The notes under the pieces: generated by a model
What the model was told of the DNA's origin: nothing
The model's database searches: none
What the model saw: the letters and a program-made list of their open reading frames with translations, nothing else
Assembly: GCA_002269645.1 (NCBI GenBank)
Contig: NIVC01000853.1
Span: 1 to 64,000, forward strand
Length of the DNA stretch: 64,000 nt
Direction of reading: 5' to 3'
Source of the DNA: Macrostomum lignano
Lineage: Eukaryota
Position numbers and translations under genes: made by a program
Shown: positions 1-12,619 of the stretch, one piece after another
Position numbering within the stretch: position 1 is the first letter of the stretch
How the letters are laid out: every line of letters begins with the position of its first letter

Positions 1-2489
1 TGCTTACAGTTTGGGGGGGGGGGGTGAGTGCGTGCAGAACCGGGAGGGAGAGACAGTTGATGCACAAGTATACAAAACTTTCGGAGTCAATGATCCGCAG
101 CTGCTACTATAGCGAGATGCTGTTACTGCTGCCTGCTAGGTGAAATTATATTTGGCTCACTGTTATGTAAAACAGAAATACGGGAGCTTTACTTAAAATG
201 AAGTGGCCATAGTAATTAAAACACTACTTGACAAAAATAAATGCCATCCTATAAAATTCAGGAGGCCTCTGAATAAGCAACTCACTTTCTAGGTGTTTTA
301 TTAGCGAACTCGAATGTTATTCAATTTCAGATGATCAAAGTAATTCTACATGCTGCGGAGCAGACTATACTATATCAAAACAACAGATAAAATATGTAAT
401 TACGCTCGTACGATGGACTACTTACAAATAACATTTAGGATAATTATGAAAGATCGAAATTCGAAACGCGGGCTTAAAAGTTGCTACATTATTATTTTTA
501 GTTTATATATAATTAACTTATTTTCTTGTTCCTTTTTACGACTATTAAAGATTTTAGTTAGCTACATACGAGATTGGTCATTGACATTGCTATTACTATT
601 TATTAATTGTTTAAAGCGCCCAAAAACTACAAGGCTTACATAGTGTAAAGCACACGATTGGCTGAAGTCTCATTTGGCTCATATCATAGCCGTCAAGCCA
701 TGCGTTCTGTACGGCCATGGCCACAGCCCCAGCTGTAAAGTAAGGGGGTGGGGGCTGCCAGTCTGTAAATGTACATAAACCCGCTAGGGAGGTGGGGTTG
801 GGCCAGTGTACAAGACGAGAAGAGGCGGAGAGAGGCTAGTTTTTCACTCCAGTTTTGCGGGCCGTCCTGACACCTAGAGTTCTATAACCGCTCGCTCCCC
901 ACCCCGCCAGGCCCACCAGAGGAAGAATCGAGCAACTCACGTGTGCGTTTGCAGCCCTCCCCTATTCGTCCAAGAACAAGCGCAGGCTTTCAATCTTTTC
1001 CGTCTCGTTCTTCTATCTCTTCTCAAGCCAGTATGGAACGGGGCTCACTTGTATAGCCTTTTTAGGCCTATAGAGGTTCTAATACTTTATTAGATTCTAA
1101 TGTTTTATTAATTAAACAGTTATGCCTCAACAATTACACCTGTGACTGTGATTTATTCAACAGTGGCACGGCTGTCTTATGCTGAGGATGGCGATATTTA
1201 ATTGGTCACGGACGATCTCGAACTAATTTTTAAATGGGTCATAAATACTGAGTTTATTGCTCTAATTATTCAAACTTCCCCAACACTGCTGATAAGAGCA
1301 GTATAATTTTAGATGGGAAATGACCGCAATATTTTATTACACTCTATATGATGTCCAGACAATACCATGACCAATAACTTGCTGATAACATCTTCAGAAT
1401 TTACAAAGTATATGTATTCGCAACATTACAGTACTACATTTATTTATTATAATCATTACCATTACAATTATTGCCAACATTTATAAAAAATGAAAATAAC
1501 AGAAAATTCTCAAAACTAACAGCATTTTTTGGCTTTTAGCTGCATGTATTCTTATACGACTTATTGGAATGTGCATGCAAGACAGAATAAAAAAATGCAG
1601 AACTGTAATCGGCGTCGCATCCCTACAAATCTCTTTATAAAGCTACTAAGCTTAAGCTTGTACTCGTAGTTAGACAATTTGAACTGGCTATAATATTGCT
1701 TCAATCTTGCTCGGCTTGTTAGCCAGGCCTCTATATTCAAATCGCCATTTTTCTTTCCCTGCGTTACATACATCTAAACTAATCACCCACCCCTCACTAA
1801 GTCTCCTACACTACTGCCCCTTTTACTTCTTATCCCTTAGTCCTGGATGCACAAAAAACTCCCAGCTACCCTAAAATATCCTCCGACGCCCCATCAAAAC
1901 CCGTCTCCCCTAAAGCACCAGGAGGATTGCAAAGCTGGGGTGGGGAGGTACGACGGAGGGGGTGGGGGGCGCCGAGGAGAGACCGGGGGAATAGAGAAGG
2001 CACAGTATATTTCATTCCCTTCGCTTCTCTTTATAATTTCTTACCACTCATGCAAGCTCCGATATTATCCCATTTCTCTATATTTCTGGGATAGGAAGCC
2101 ACGTCAAATGCGGCCTACCCACCTCAGAGTGCAAGGAGCTTGGCCACTAAAGAGGAGTGGGTATCAGGCTGTAAGCTGATCTATAGGAGAGAACGGGAGA
2201 AATGCGATTCAGAAGTGCGTGCGCGCAAATTCACGTCATTGGTGTCGTGACTCGTGTGCCATTGGCCGAAATATGTGAAAAGTTATTTTAAACGGGAAAT
2301 TGCTTGTTGGCTCCACATTTCTTCTTTTTAGATGAAAGTATCCATTTTTGCTATTTCTTTTACAAGTAATTGAGCATAAAGAAAACTAAAAAATGCAGTT
2401 ACATTTTGTTTTTCACTACAAGGAAGGAAGTTGTTAATGTGTATGCAATGAAAACACCCAAGTAAGACCATCCAGTTTTCTTCAAAACC

Positions 2490-3165
2490 ATTGAACCACC
2501 CCCTGCCCCACTCACCTAATCCTTACTTCGATCAACCATTGAGCCACCCCCACCCCATTCACCTAATCCTTCGATCAACCATTGAGCCACCCCCACCCCA
2601 TTCACCTAATCCTTCGATCAACCATTGAGCCACCCCACCCCATTCACCTAATCCTTCGATCAACCATTGAGCCACCCCCACCCCATTCACCTAATCCTTC
2701 GATCAACCATTGAGCCACCCCCACCCCATTCACCTAATCCTTCGATCAACCATTGAGCCACCCCACCCCATTCACCTAATCCTTCGATCAACCATTGAGC
2801 CACCCCCACCCCATTCACCTAATCCTTCGATCAACCATTGAGCCACCCCCACCCCATTCACCTAATCCTTCGATCAACCATCGAGCCACCCCCACCCCAT
2901 TCACCTAATCCTTCGATCAACCATCGAGCCACCCCGCCCCATTCACCTAATCCTTCGATCAACCATTGAGCCCCCGCCCCATTCACCTAATCCTTCGATC
3001 AACCATTGAGCCCCCGCCCCATTTACCTAATCCTTCGATCAACCATTGAGCCCCGCCCCATTCACCTAATCCTTCGATCAACCATTGAGCCCCCGCCCCA
3101 TTTACCTAATCCTTCGATCAACCATTGAGCCCCCGCCCCATTCACCAAATCCTTCGATCAACCAT
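2490..3165. repeat. 43-bp C-rich minisatellite (CTTCGATCAACCATTGAGCCACCCCCACCCCATTCACCTAATC); units shorten to about 39-40 bp at the right end
   Basis: TCGATCAACC recurs at 2571 and 2614 (period 43) and continues to about 3165. Confidence 0.95.
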
Positions 3166-5940
3166 TGAACCGTCCCTCACTCCAGTCACATAGTTCTTCG
3201 ATCAATCACTTAACCCATTCACCTAATCCTATCAACCAACCCTCACCCCACCCACTCTCGTTGAACCTTTCATTCCCCGTCCATCATCCTCGAGCTCGGA
3301 ACTTTATCTTAAAGTTCGAACTGACGACACTGCCATTAGCAAAAAACGATATCGAATCCTTTTTAATCAGCATTTTCGAAAAAAAAGAATTCCGAATCGA
3401 GGCGCAAAATGTTTTATATTTTATTGGAGACAGAATGTTTAATTAATAATAATTGGTCAAATATGCATATTGAAAAAAAAGTGTAAAACATGCAGATAAT
3501 ACATGAAAAGGTATGGTTCATTTTGGTGAATATGCCAATATTGTTTAGACTACCTGCTAACTAATTGTCTAATTAGTCTAATAAACTTTGCGATTTTACA
3601 AAATTATTTAATTAACTGATAATATTGATATTCGAAAGATACCAATAAAAAGAGGAATGACTAGCCAATAAAATAACTGATTAAAACATAACTAATTATT
3701 AAAATAAATCGAACATAAAAATCTTACCTTTCGATTTTTGCAGTACTCTTTAAATAAACAATGGACAAATTACACAATTTACCAAAAACGAGACATTTTA
3801 TTCAACAAAGAAGCAAATAAATAGTGGTTTAATTTTCAGCTGATTTATACAAACGAGAAGTTAGTTATTTCAACTCTTTTAACGTAAGATGAAATAGGGG
3901 GGGGGGGGTATACGACAAGGGTTTTCGACACGGTCAGTAAGGACGAGAGAGTACGCGCAAAATGGGGTGTGGGGGGCGGGGGAGGGGTTGCAGCAGCTAT
4001 AATAAGATGGGTCCGGCGCGGCGGAGGGAGCGAGAGAGGGTTTTATGCCATTAGAAAAAGAAATAGAGTCAGACATGGTGGGGTGGGTTGTCTACAATAT
4101 TTCAAGCCCACAAACCCCGGGGAGGGGGTGGCGGGCTGGCCTACCCTCTCTCCCTAAAGCCACCCACCACCTCAAAACAGTTGGTGCGTCAGTAAGGGAG
4201 AGTTCGTGCAGCGTGTGGGGGGGGGGTTAGATAGGAAAGTGAAATGCGGGGAAGGGTTTCGTTTAATAACACACACTTCTCTTGCCCCTAGTATTAGACA
4301 CATTTACATTGCTTTTTATTCTTAGAGGCCGTTAGTGTCGAAATTCTAAGTAAAAAAACGAAGCCAGAAAATTTGCTCACAGTTACATTACTGTCTATGC
4401 ATAATCGTAAGCAATGTGCAAATTAAAGAGCTTGCTTGACCCTCAAACTCAAACGAAACGATATTTTTTCCATGTATTTCTTATGGAGAATTTTCTATTA
4501 TCGTGGCCCAACCTTTTGAAGGTTAAGATATGCAATCGCATTTTTACTCGTATCTTGGTGATAAGTACTTACATATCATTAATAAGGCAAGTAGGAAGAG
4601 AAATATATCTTAGGAATAGCATGCAAAATGGTAAAAATGCATGCCCAGCAGCATAAAAAACTTTGAATATCCAGTTAAAAAGTAGTAAAAAACGGAAAAG
4701 TTGCAGGTAGGCAGCTAGCGAGCACTTGAAATCTTAACACTCAAAACTCATAACATCCAGCCTGTAGTAGATTCACAGTCAGAATAAGTCAATGGAAAAA
4801 AACAAGCATCTGATATGAGAATTTTGATTACTTAAAAAAAGGAAATGAATCAGACAGATCCAACAGTGTTTAATATCTAAAACATTATAGTCCCTGAGAT
4901 TTTAGGCGATGTGTCAAACCATGCTACTTGCAGTAGCAATGAAACAACGCAAACGGGGAAAAAGCGATTGGTCACTTCATTCCATTTGGATTAATTCCTG
5001 AAATAATGAATGTGGATTCTCCATAAGACTCTATAGGGCAATTCAATAAGTCATTTAAACAAATTGAGTGTCATATTAGGTAGGTTTTTTATTTGCAGGA
5101 ACATTATACAAGTTGGCACAATGCTAACAAAATTGTTTCATCATTCCTCTATTTTACAATTTCATAGCAAGACTGATAGAAAAAACCTAGAACTTGGGGT
5201 ATTTTTATATTAAAAAAACAAAAAACTAGCATGGCTAGCACAGCAAACAAAATGGACACAATAACAATTTTTTGGTTGTTATTTTATGCAGAAAGTTGTC
5301 TGCAATGGCATAGCTTATTATTTAGTATTTAATGCATGTTTTATTATAACCATTCAATCCTACAAGTTGGACATAATTGGTGTATTTGTATCATTAGATA
5401 TAGCTTGGTGCAATAGTTTTTGCAGAAAATAGCAAAGGTAAAACTTTATTTTGTTTTTATTACATTTAAAAGTATGACATGTGAGGTAATACAAAATATG
5501 GCAATAGAATTTGCAAATTTCTTGCAATGTGTACAATGTGGCCATTGCATGTGTTCATACATGCTGAGAGCAGTCACGTGACTACTATTCCGTCCAATAG
5601 CAACTTACATGTGTGTGAATCGCCATTGGATATTCTGATAAGATGCTAATAATAAGTTGCCTTTGCCCATAAAGTGGTTCATCTTAGCTCTTTAAGGTCA
5701 AAAGTCCCATTGTTTGTGTGATTCTTACTCAGCACAATAAGTTATGATTTGAGCACCCTTGGCTATAGATTTACATAGATATGCAGTCTATTCTGACTTG
5801 GGTAGAAGCAAGCATCAATAGAGCTAAGGCAGCACAAACTTGCAGAGCATGGATGACTTAAGATGTATTAATGTCATGGACATGAGTATTCAATTTGTTC
5901 TATAGAAAGGCAATAATATGCCATATTCTCCATTTGGAAT

Positions 5941-6072
5941 CTTAGTCAAACTGTCTAGATCCATGCAAACCTGATCTATATCTATAGTGCTAACGCAATC
6001 AATAAAAGAATGGTCTACTAGTTGGTGAAGCAGTTTGAGGCTAGTTAAGAAAGTGTAGCCAACTTGCCTTAG
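5941..6072 (+). pseudogene. Decayed mariner/Tc1 transposase N-terminal HTH fragment
   Basis: Frame reads LSQTV*IHANLIYIYSANAINKRMVY*LVKQFEAS*ESVANLP*, resembling the mariner pattern EIHxxLxxxYGxxA...VYRWxxxFxxGRESVxDxPR; 4 in-frame stops. Confidence 0.4.
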
Positions 6073-6345
6073 TATCTATGATGACTATGATAGCAGAAAT
6101 GTGTCTAGCACATAAAAACTATGTTAAAAAGAGGACAACACCCATAGATGGGGGTGAGTAATTATATACTTTTTTATATAAAAGTATGTCCTTGGCCTAA
6201 TGCTAAATCCTTTATAAACCTATTCACATTTTTCTAATTTCAAAAGTTTTAGTAACATTTTGTTGCTAAATAAAACCATTATTAAGTGATTATTTCCATT
6301 GTTTAAATATATTTATGAAAGGTATTGCAAGCAAGTGACATGAGA

Positions 6346-6533
6346 ATAACTTTGGCCAATTGGTTTTTACTGATGTTAAAATGTATATAAACATGTGCAT
6401 GATGACTTACTTAACTTTCACTCCTTGGTTAGCTACCCCATAATTTTGTTGTCTAGTATATAGCAACCCTATTCCCATTATGTACATTTTAATATGGTTT
6501 TAATGTCAGTAAAAACCAATTGGCCAAAGTTAT
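6346..6533. repeat. Short inverted repeat / MITE-like hairpin
   Basis: ATAACTTTGGCCAATTGGTTTTTACTGA (6346-6373) is the exact reverse complement of 6506-6533; imperfect pairing extends on both sides. Confidence 0.8.
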
Positions 6534-6727
6534 ATATAATGACATTACTTTTAGGATCTCCCTTATAATTAAAATCAGATAAGGCCCTAATTTTATTATT
6601 TCTATCTTATCCACATGGCACACTGATAAGGTAGCTACCTTATCTTCTATATATACTATAGGAATAAGTTGTTATACTACAATTAAACTAGAAAAACAAA
6701 CTGTAAATTATTCATTACATAACATCT

Positions 6728-7708
6728 TTTGCCATGACTAGGGAGGGGACACGGCGGCCATGCCTCTAACTCTATGTCTAAGGACACGGCCGCCATGTCC
6801 CTAGCTACCACACTACTCTGTGCCTAGAGCCATGGCGGCCGTGTCTTTAGCTGTGTGGACTCGCTGTGTGTATGGGGACACGGCGGCCATGTTCCTAATA
6901 ATCTACTACTCACATGCCTAGGGGCACGGCGGTTGTCTCTGAACAATGGGCTTTAAATGCAACATGATTCGATACATGTATGTAAGGTAGCTCGAACGTT
7001 GCTGGTAGTGTCCATAAAGATGGTCAAATATTGTGTCAATCCAATATACTGAAACTCCTTTTAAATTATACTATTATATTGCACAAGTATACTGTGTCGT
7101 AGAAAGCACAAACTTGTTCGTTTGTTGTTTTATTTATTATTGCTTTTTTTGATGCGTACATATCTCAAGCATTTTTGTTGAAATTGACTGTTTGCAGAAA
7201 TATAATTTAAGAATTGAACTTCTTACCTACCATGCTTAGAGTACCTTACAAAAATACATGTAGCGCCATGCAATTACTTTATATACATTTATGTTAGCGC
7301 ATCCAACATAGAATGGGGCGGTTAGCGGATGCATGTACAACATAGTATATACTTGTGAGTTTTAGTATATTGGAAAAGATTGATTGATACAATATTTGAC
7401 TATCTTTACGGACACTACTGGCAATGTTCAAGCTACCTACGTACATGTATCAAATCATGTTGCATTTAAAGCCCATTGTTCAGAGACAACCACCATGCCC
7501 CTAGGCATGTGAGTGGTAGATTATTAAGAACATGGCCGCCGTGTCCCCATACATGCCCATGCTGCGTCCCTATGCCGCGAGTCCACATAGCTAAAGACAT
7601 GGCCGCCATGGCTCTAGGCACAGAGTAGTGTGGTAGCTAGGGACATGGCAGCCGTGTCCTTAGACATAGAGTTAGAGGCACGGCCACCATGTCCCTAGTC
7701 ATGGCAAA
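6728..7708. mobile_element. Foldback/MITE-like element with long imperfect inverted arms
   Basis: Arm 6728-7057 is the reverse complement of 7357-7708; spacer about 300 bp; arms contain a repeated GGACACGGCGGCCATG motif; weaker symmetry continues to about 6590/7860. Confidence 0.75.
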
Positions 7709-8367
7709 TATCTTTAAGAAGACAGGATAGACTATTTAGTCATTATGTTATATAGAAGACATTAACTATTCCTTAAAGTAGGCATAAGTATAGCCTATAG
7801 GAAGATAAGATAGCTATTTTATCAGTAGGCCTATACCATATGGAGAAGATAGAAACTATTCTTATGGCAAAGAGGTGGCTATTTTGCCTATGTTATGTAG
7901 ATAAACAGAAAATTATTCCCACTGTACTATAAAAAATAAGCCAGAAATTATTCTTATGGTACCATGGGGATAAGCACTGCTTTATTAAAAACAATAATCA
8001 AAAAAATATTTATATTATTACCTAAATATAATTAGCCTATTTGCTATTATATTGCAAATAAAATTTAGGATATATAAAAAAAATTATAGACTTAAGTTAA
8101 GAAACTTAATTTAAAAATTGAATACTATAAATATAGCATAATATCGTAATGAAGCTAATTGCTTAAAAAACAAGGTAACCAATTTGACACCTGAAATTAA
8201 AATTTAAAATGTGAAAAATAGGTAACCTTGCCTGCCCCTGGCCTAGTCTACTAAGCACTAGGCCTAGGGGCTTAGTAGACTAAATTGAACCATCTAAATT
8301 TTCAAAACTGCCTAGGCATATCAAATGATTCAAACCAAGCTAAAAATTCATGGAATACTATATTAGA

Positions 8368-8768
8368 GGGTACCGGTCGTTTCGGTGACAGACGTGAGGT
8401 GGGGCGGAGAAAAGAATTGGTGACTCTGGTTGGGCGGTTTCTAGAACTTTGAATTCCCACCTTCGTTATTTCGGCACTCGTAAAGCCGGAAAGTTTTACG
8501 AATGATTCAAAACGCTTTTCTCCTTTGATACTCCGTCTGCCGGGTCTTCAATTCCGGGGGAGGGTAGTCGCAATTGCGGTCGAGCGGTCTTGAGCAGGCA
8601 CGGTCGTTCAGATGGTAGACACAGCGGTCTTGACACCGTAAATTAATGCGTCGATATGCTGAGCTGATTACTTTCAGAAGAGAAGCGCTGCACTACTGCA
8701 GTATCTTTTGCTTGTCACCGAAACGACTGTCACCGAAACGTCTTGTCACCGAAACGACTGTAAGATCC
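8368..8768. mobile_element. Non-autonomous TIR element (MITE) with subterminal repeats
   Basis: Left GGTCGTTTCGGTGACAGACG versus three right copies of GTCACCGAAACG; direct repeat ATATTAG flanks both sides (8360-8366, 8769-8775). Confidence 0.55.
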
Positions 8769-9350
8769 ATATTAGCTGAGATCCATATTAGCTGAGTCTG
8801 GTCTGGCTCCTTTCCATCAAGGAGGTCCTCTGGTACGTACGTGGTACAACTGGTACCTGCATGGCACTGAAAGTGGAACCTTGGCTCTACTATACTTGGT
8901 TCAAGTTTATTGTCGATTGTGAATCTTGTGATTGCAGCTGTTCCCACGATGAACAAACCAAGCCGTGGCAATTTTAATTTCACTTAGCCAAGCTCATATT
9001 AAAGACCTGAGCATTACATACAGAAGCCCTCGCCAAAAAACAACAAAAAAAGAATGTAAAAGAATAAGGATCTTGAACTTCTTGGAGTTCATAGGCTTAG
9101 GCGTAAGCTTTCTAAGGGTCAAGAATGATGAATCAAGATCAAACGGGATGGATGAGCACCTCTTTCGTTTCGGCGAGAAACAGTAGCCACGGTTATTTTT
9201 AGAAATTTTTGTATGTAAAGAAACTTGTAGTGTATTTATTTCTATACTTTTAGCTGCTATATGTACTGAAACTATTTTAGTTTTACACATAAATTGTTAT
9301 ACATGTGCATATGCGTGCAGCCGCGGAGACTACCTGATGACTTGACTCAC

Positions 9351-9632
9351 GGGGTCGCCATCATAAACCCGAAAAATCACAACTCCGAAAGCACTTTCCA
9401 TCATATAAACCCGAAATATCATAAACCCGAAAAATCACAACTCCGAAATTAATAGCAACGCCCATCATAAACCCGAAATATCATAAGCCCGAAATATCAT
9501 AACTCCGAAAACCAAAATAGTGTTGGACATAGCTAGAACTTTCGGAGTTATGATATTTCGGGCTTATGATATTTCGGGTTTATGATGGAAAGCGCTTTTC
9601 GGAGTTGTGATTTTTCGGGTTTGTGATACCCC
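9351..9632. mobile_element. Palindromic MITE (MULE/Foldback-like) built from TCATAAACCCGAAA / TCACAACTCCGAAA repeats
   Basis: Ends GGGGT...ACCCC; left repeats are mirrored as reverse complements on the right; flanking direct repeat GACTCAC (9344-9350, 9636-9642) suggests a 7-9 bp TSD. Confidence 0.7.
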
Positions 9633-10180
9633 TTCGACTCACGTATATAGCATTGAATAAATATTGCTTTTCAGTGAGTTGAGAATTTCATTTAAATTTG
9701 CTATTGATCTTGCCACCGACTTGCTCTCCCAATGTGATCACCGAATATTCCGAAGCTCGATCGCTCTTCCTAAGAAATTTTTACAGTAGGTTTTGTTGTT
9801 TCCGTGATTTTCATGTTTTGATCAGAACCAGTATATCGCCAAATCGATGGCTGCAGTATTGCAATCGTTACTCGAGTAAGGGGTGTTAGACGCGCCGGAG
9901 GGTGCCGCTGTACATATCACTGTACTTTGGCGGGGGGTTGAGGTGTGGGGGTGTTGGCCGCGCCGGCCAGCTTAAAGCCTCTGCACCCGGCCAGGCTTGG
10001 CTCCGCCGCCATTTCTCAATTTTTTAATCTCCTTTTTACGAACCAATAAATATTAACTCGTTTAAACTAATAAATAAATGCTTCGCTTGATCCACTGGGA
10101 TCCGTTTTCTCGGCCGCTGCCTGCTTTTCGCAACTGACTTTGTCTCGTTTGGCTCCTTCCGGCGTGTTTAAAGGTAGCCC

Positions 10181-10372
10181 TTCAGCTCCTGCTCTTGTCG
10201 ATCTGTGCATGGCTGATTGGGAAGAGAATTGGTCGAAACTGTCCTACTGAGCACCGCGGATTTACTGCTACTATACGTGGATGACGCGTTTGTCATCAGA
10301 CAATCATGGAATTCATACTTGAGGGTGGAGAAAAAGAAGCTTCCGATTCTGGACACTGAGCTAGTTGACTGC
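10181..10372 (+). pseudogene. Degenerate Penelope-like reverse transcriptase fragment
   Basis: SAPALVDLCMADWEENW (motif B'-like), then after a frameshift LLYVDDAFVI (YVDD) and EKKKLPILDTELV (LPFLD-like motif, with a deletion before it). Confidence 0.45.
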
Positions 10373-11008
10373 TCTCGGCAGAGCTCTCAGTTGAAAATCT
10401 ACCGGAAACACACGTTTATTTGTGCTGATGTGACACTTTGATGCCAAGATTGTCCGGCTAATTACATGTACATTGTAACTGGAAATTTGGGTTAGTCAAA
10501 TGCCTCCGCATCGCGCTTTCACTGTGTTGTTGCTCGTGGTATAGGTTCGGTTCTCAAGAAAGTTCGAGAAAGCCTTTCTTATAAATGGCTAAAATGCCGG
10601 ATTCACATTGCGTTCTGTACTGAGAAGATTGGTCGCGGTTTGCTAGCTAGCAGACTTATATTTAAGTCAGTTGTGTCCCCCTCCCCTCAAATCATGTGTT
10701 GTCCGTCAATTCCGTTGCTCTGTCGATTAGAGTGTTTCCTACTAGAAGGAAAACCACGCGACACCTGCCCACAAAAGCAAGACTTTACTGGCTGAAGTTC
10801 TGCGATTCAAGATCACACTTGTTAGGTTGTGACAACGGTCTGATGCATCTTTTCACGTATTAAATGGTAGCAAAAACGATTTCAAACTAATAATTAGATT
10901 AAAGCTTCGCACATTGAATTGCACAAACCTATTAGTTTCAATGTGCAACTTGCTTGCTAGCGGTGGGGTGGAACACCAACTCAGAGTGCTGTGATCGGCA
11001 CTGAGGAT

Positions 11009-11135
<127 letters not shown>

Positions 11136-11732
11136 GCATTAAATAATAAATTCTTAATCCTTCTAGCTGTTTCCTAGCTCTTTCGCATCTTTCTTTTCTG
11201 CACTTCTTATACACCTTTCATGCAGTCTCTATGCAGTCTCTCTCCTTTCCCCTAAAATTCTGCTCTTTTATTTATTAGTAAACACGAGTACGTGATGTTA
11301 TTTTATTTTAAAATCATAAAAAAAGTTTTTAAAGGCTTCTGTATGCATGCTCTGTACTTGTTGCGCAGCCCCCAGTTTTAGTCAAACAGGATTAACTTTA
11401 TTTTTTTGAAGTCATCAGTAGCGTAGCCAAGGGTGGGAGCACCCTTTACCATTTCGGAGAAGTTTTTTTATTGTTTAACACTGATGTTGAAAATCAAGTT
11501 TTTTCCAGCCGTTTTTTGCATCCTAATCTGTTAGATGCTCTCCCCAACTGAGTGGAGTTATCCTCCCTCCAAAAATCTAGGTCATGATGTGCTGTTTTTG
11601 CTACTATAATTATAAGAAGTGATTTTAATGTTCCGATTTGTTTTGCTTTGGTTTTTTGCTATCTATAATCTGAATTCTAGTTCCATTAATAATGGTACAA
11701 CAGTCTGTTATGACAGTTTATGAACATGTTAA

Positions 11733-11995
11733 TAGCAACCTGTTTAAAGCAACCTGTTTATAGCAACCTGTTTAAAGCAACCTGTTTATAGCAACCTGTT
11801 TATAGCAACCTGTTTATAGCAACCTGTTTATAGCAACCTGTTTATAGCAACCTGTTTATAGCAACCTGTTTATAGCAACCTGTTTATAGCAACCTGTTTA
11901 TAGCAACCTGTTGTTTATCAACCTGTTTTTAGCACCCTGTTGTTTATTAACCTGTTTATAGAAACCTGTTTACTAATATGTTTATAGCAACCTAT
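11733..11995. repeat. 14-bp minisatellite AGCAACCTGTTTAT
   Basis: Tandem copies read directly; the array degenerates at its right end. Confidence 0.95.
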
Positions 11996-12272
11996 TACTT
12001 ACAGCAAGCTTTTTATAACCACCTGTTTATTAACTGTAAATTCAGTAGCTTGAGTGCTATAACGCACTGAAAACTCAGATTTTTATATGACAGACTATAG
12101 AATATTTAGGAATGCCAGTTTTAATTTGTGTTAATAAAGCTAATTACTGAAACTATTGTAATTCGCTTTGAGGCAAAATGAGCACCCCAATGTTATTCTG
12201 ACTGACGATCTTGAACCCATGGTTTGGTGAATGCTGCCGCGTGTCAGTTACATGCGGTCAATAGAGTTATAA

Positions 12273-12301
12273 CTAGCAATCTTCGCCCCCCGTTGGGGGA
12301 C
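12273..12301 (-). terminator. Helitron 3' terminal hairpin plus CTAG (rolling-circle termination signal); repeated at 22103-22131 and 32005-32033
   Basis: 7-bp GC-rich stem with one G-T pair, 3-nt loop, 8-nt spacer, CTAG. Confidence 0.93.
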
Positions 12302-12410
12302 ATCTGGATAGAATCTCTGTTCTCTACAAGTAACAAAAAGACAGCCAAATAAAGCCTTCACAAAGACAACAGACAAACTGCTCAAATAAAGTGTAATGCA
12401 AAAAGAAATC

Positions 12411-12520
12411 ATCCCAAGACAGCAAGCATCCCCCAGATAGCAAGCATCCCCCAAATAGCAAGCATCCCCCAGATAGCAAGCATCCCCCAGATAGCAAGCA
12501 TCCCCAAATAGTAAGCATCC
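12411..12520. repeat. 18-bp minisatellite AGCAAGCATCCCCCAGAT inside the Helitron 3' region (also about 22241-22420 and 32143-32310)
   Basis: Tandem copies; unit number differs between Helitron copies (copy 2 is 71 bp longer than copy 1 here). Confidence 0.93.
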
Positions 12521-12619
12521 ACCAGACAATAAGTAGCTAGTGCCACAATTTCCTTAGCTCTATAGTGGCTCCTTTAAAATTGGCATGACGCTTACTTTTA
12601 CGTTTGAAATTGTGTATCT

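Noticed and set aside
350-2179. Short ORFs of 70-110 aa at the window start
   Set aside because: No recognisable motifs, splice structure or codon bias
9331-9345. CTGATGA hammerhead-ribozyme core
   Set aside because: No appropriately placed GAAA or flanking stems once the adjacent MITE is removed
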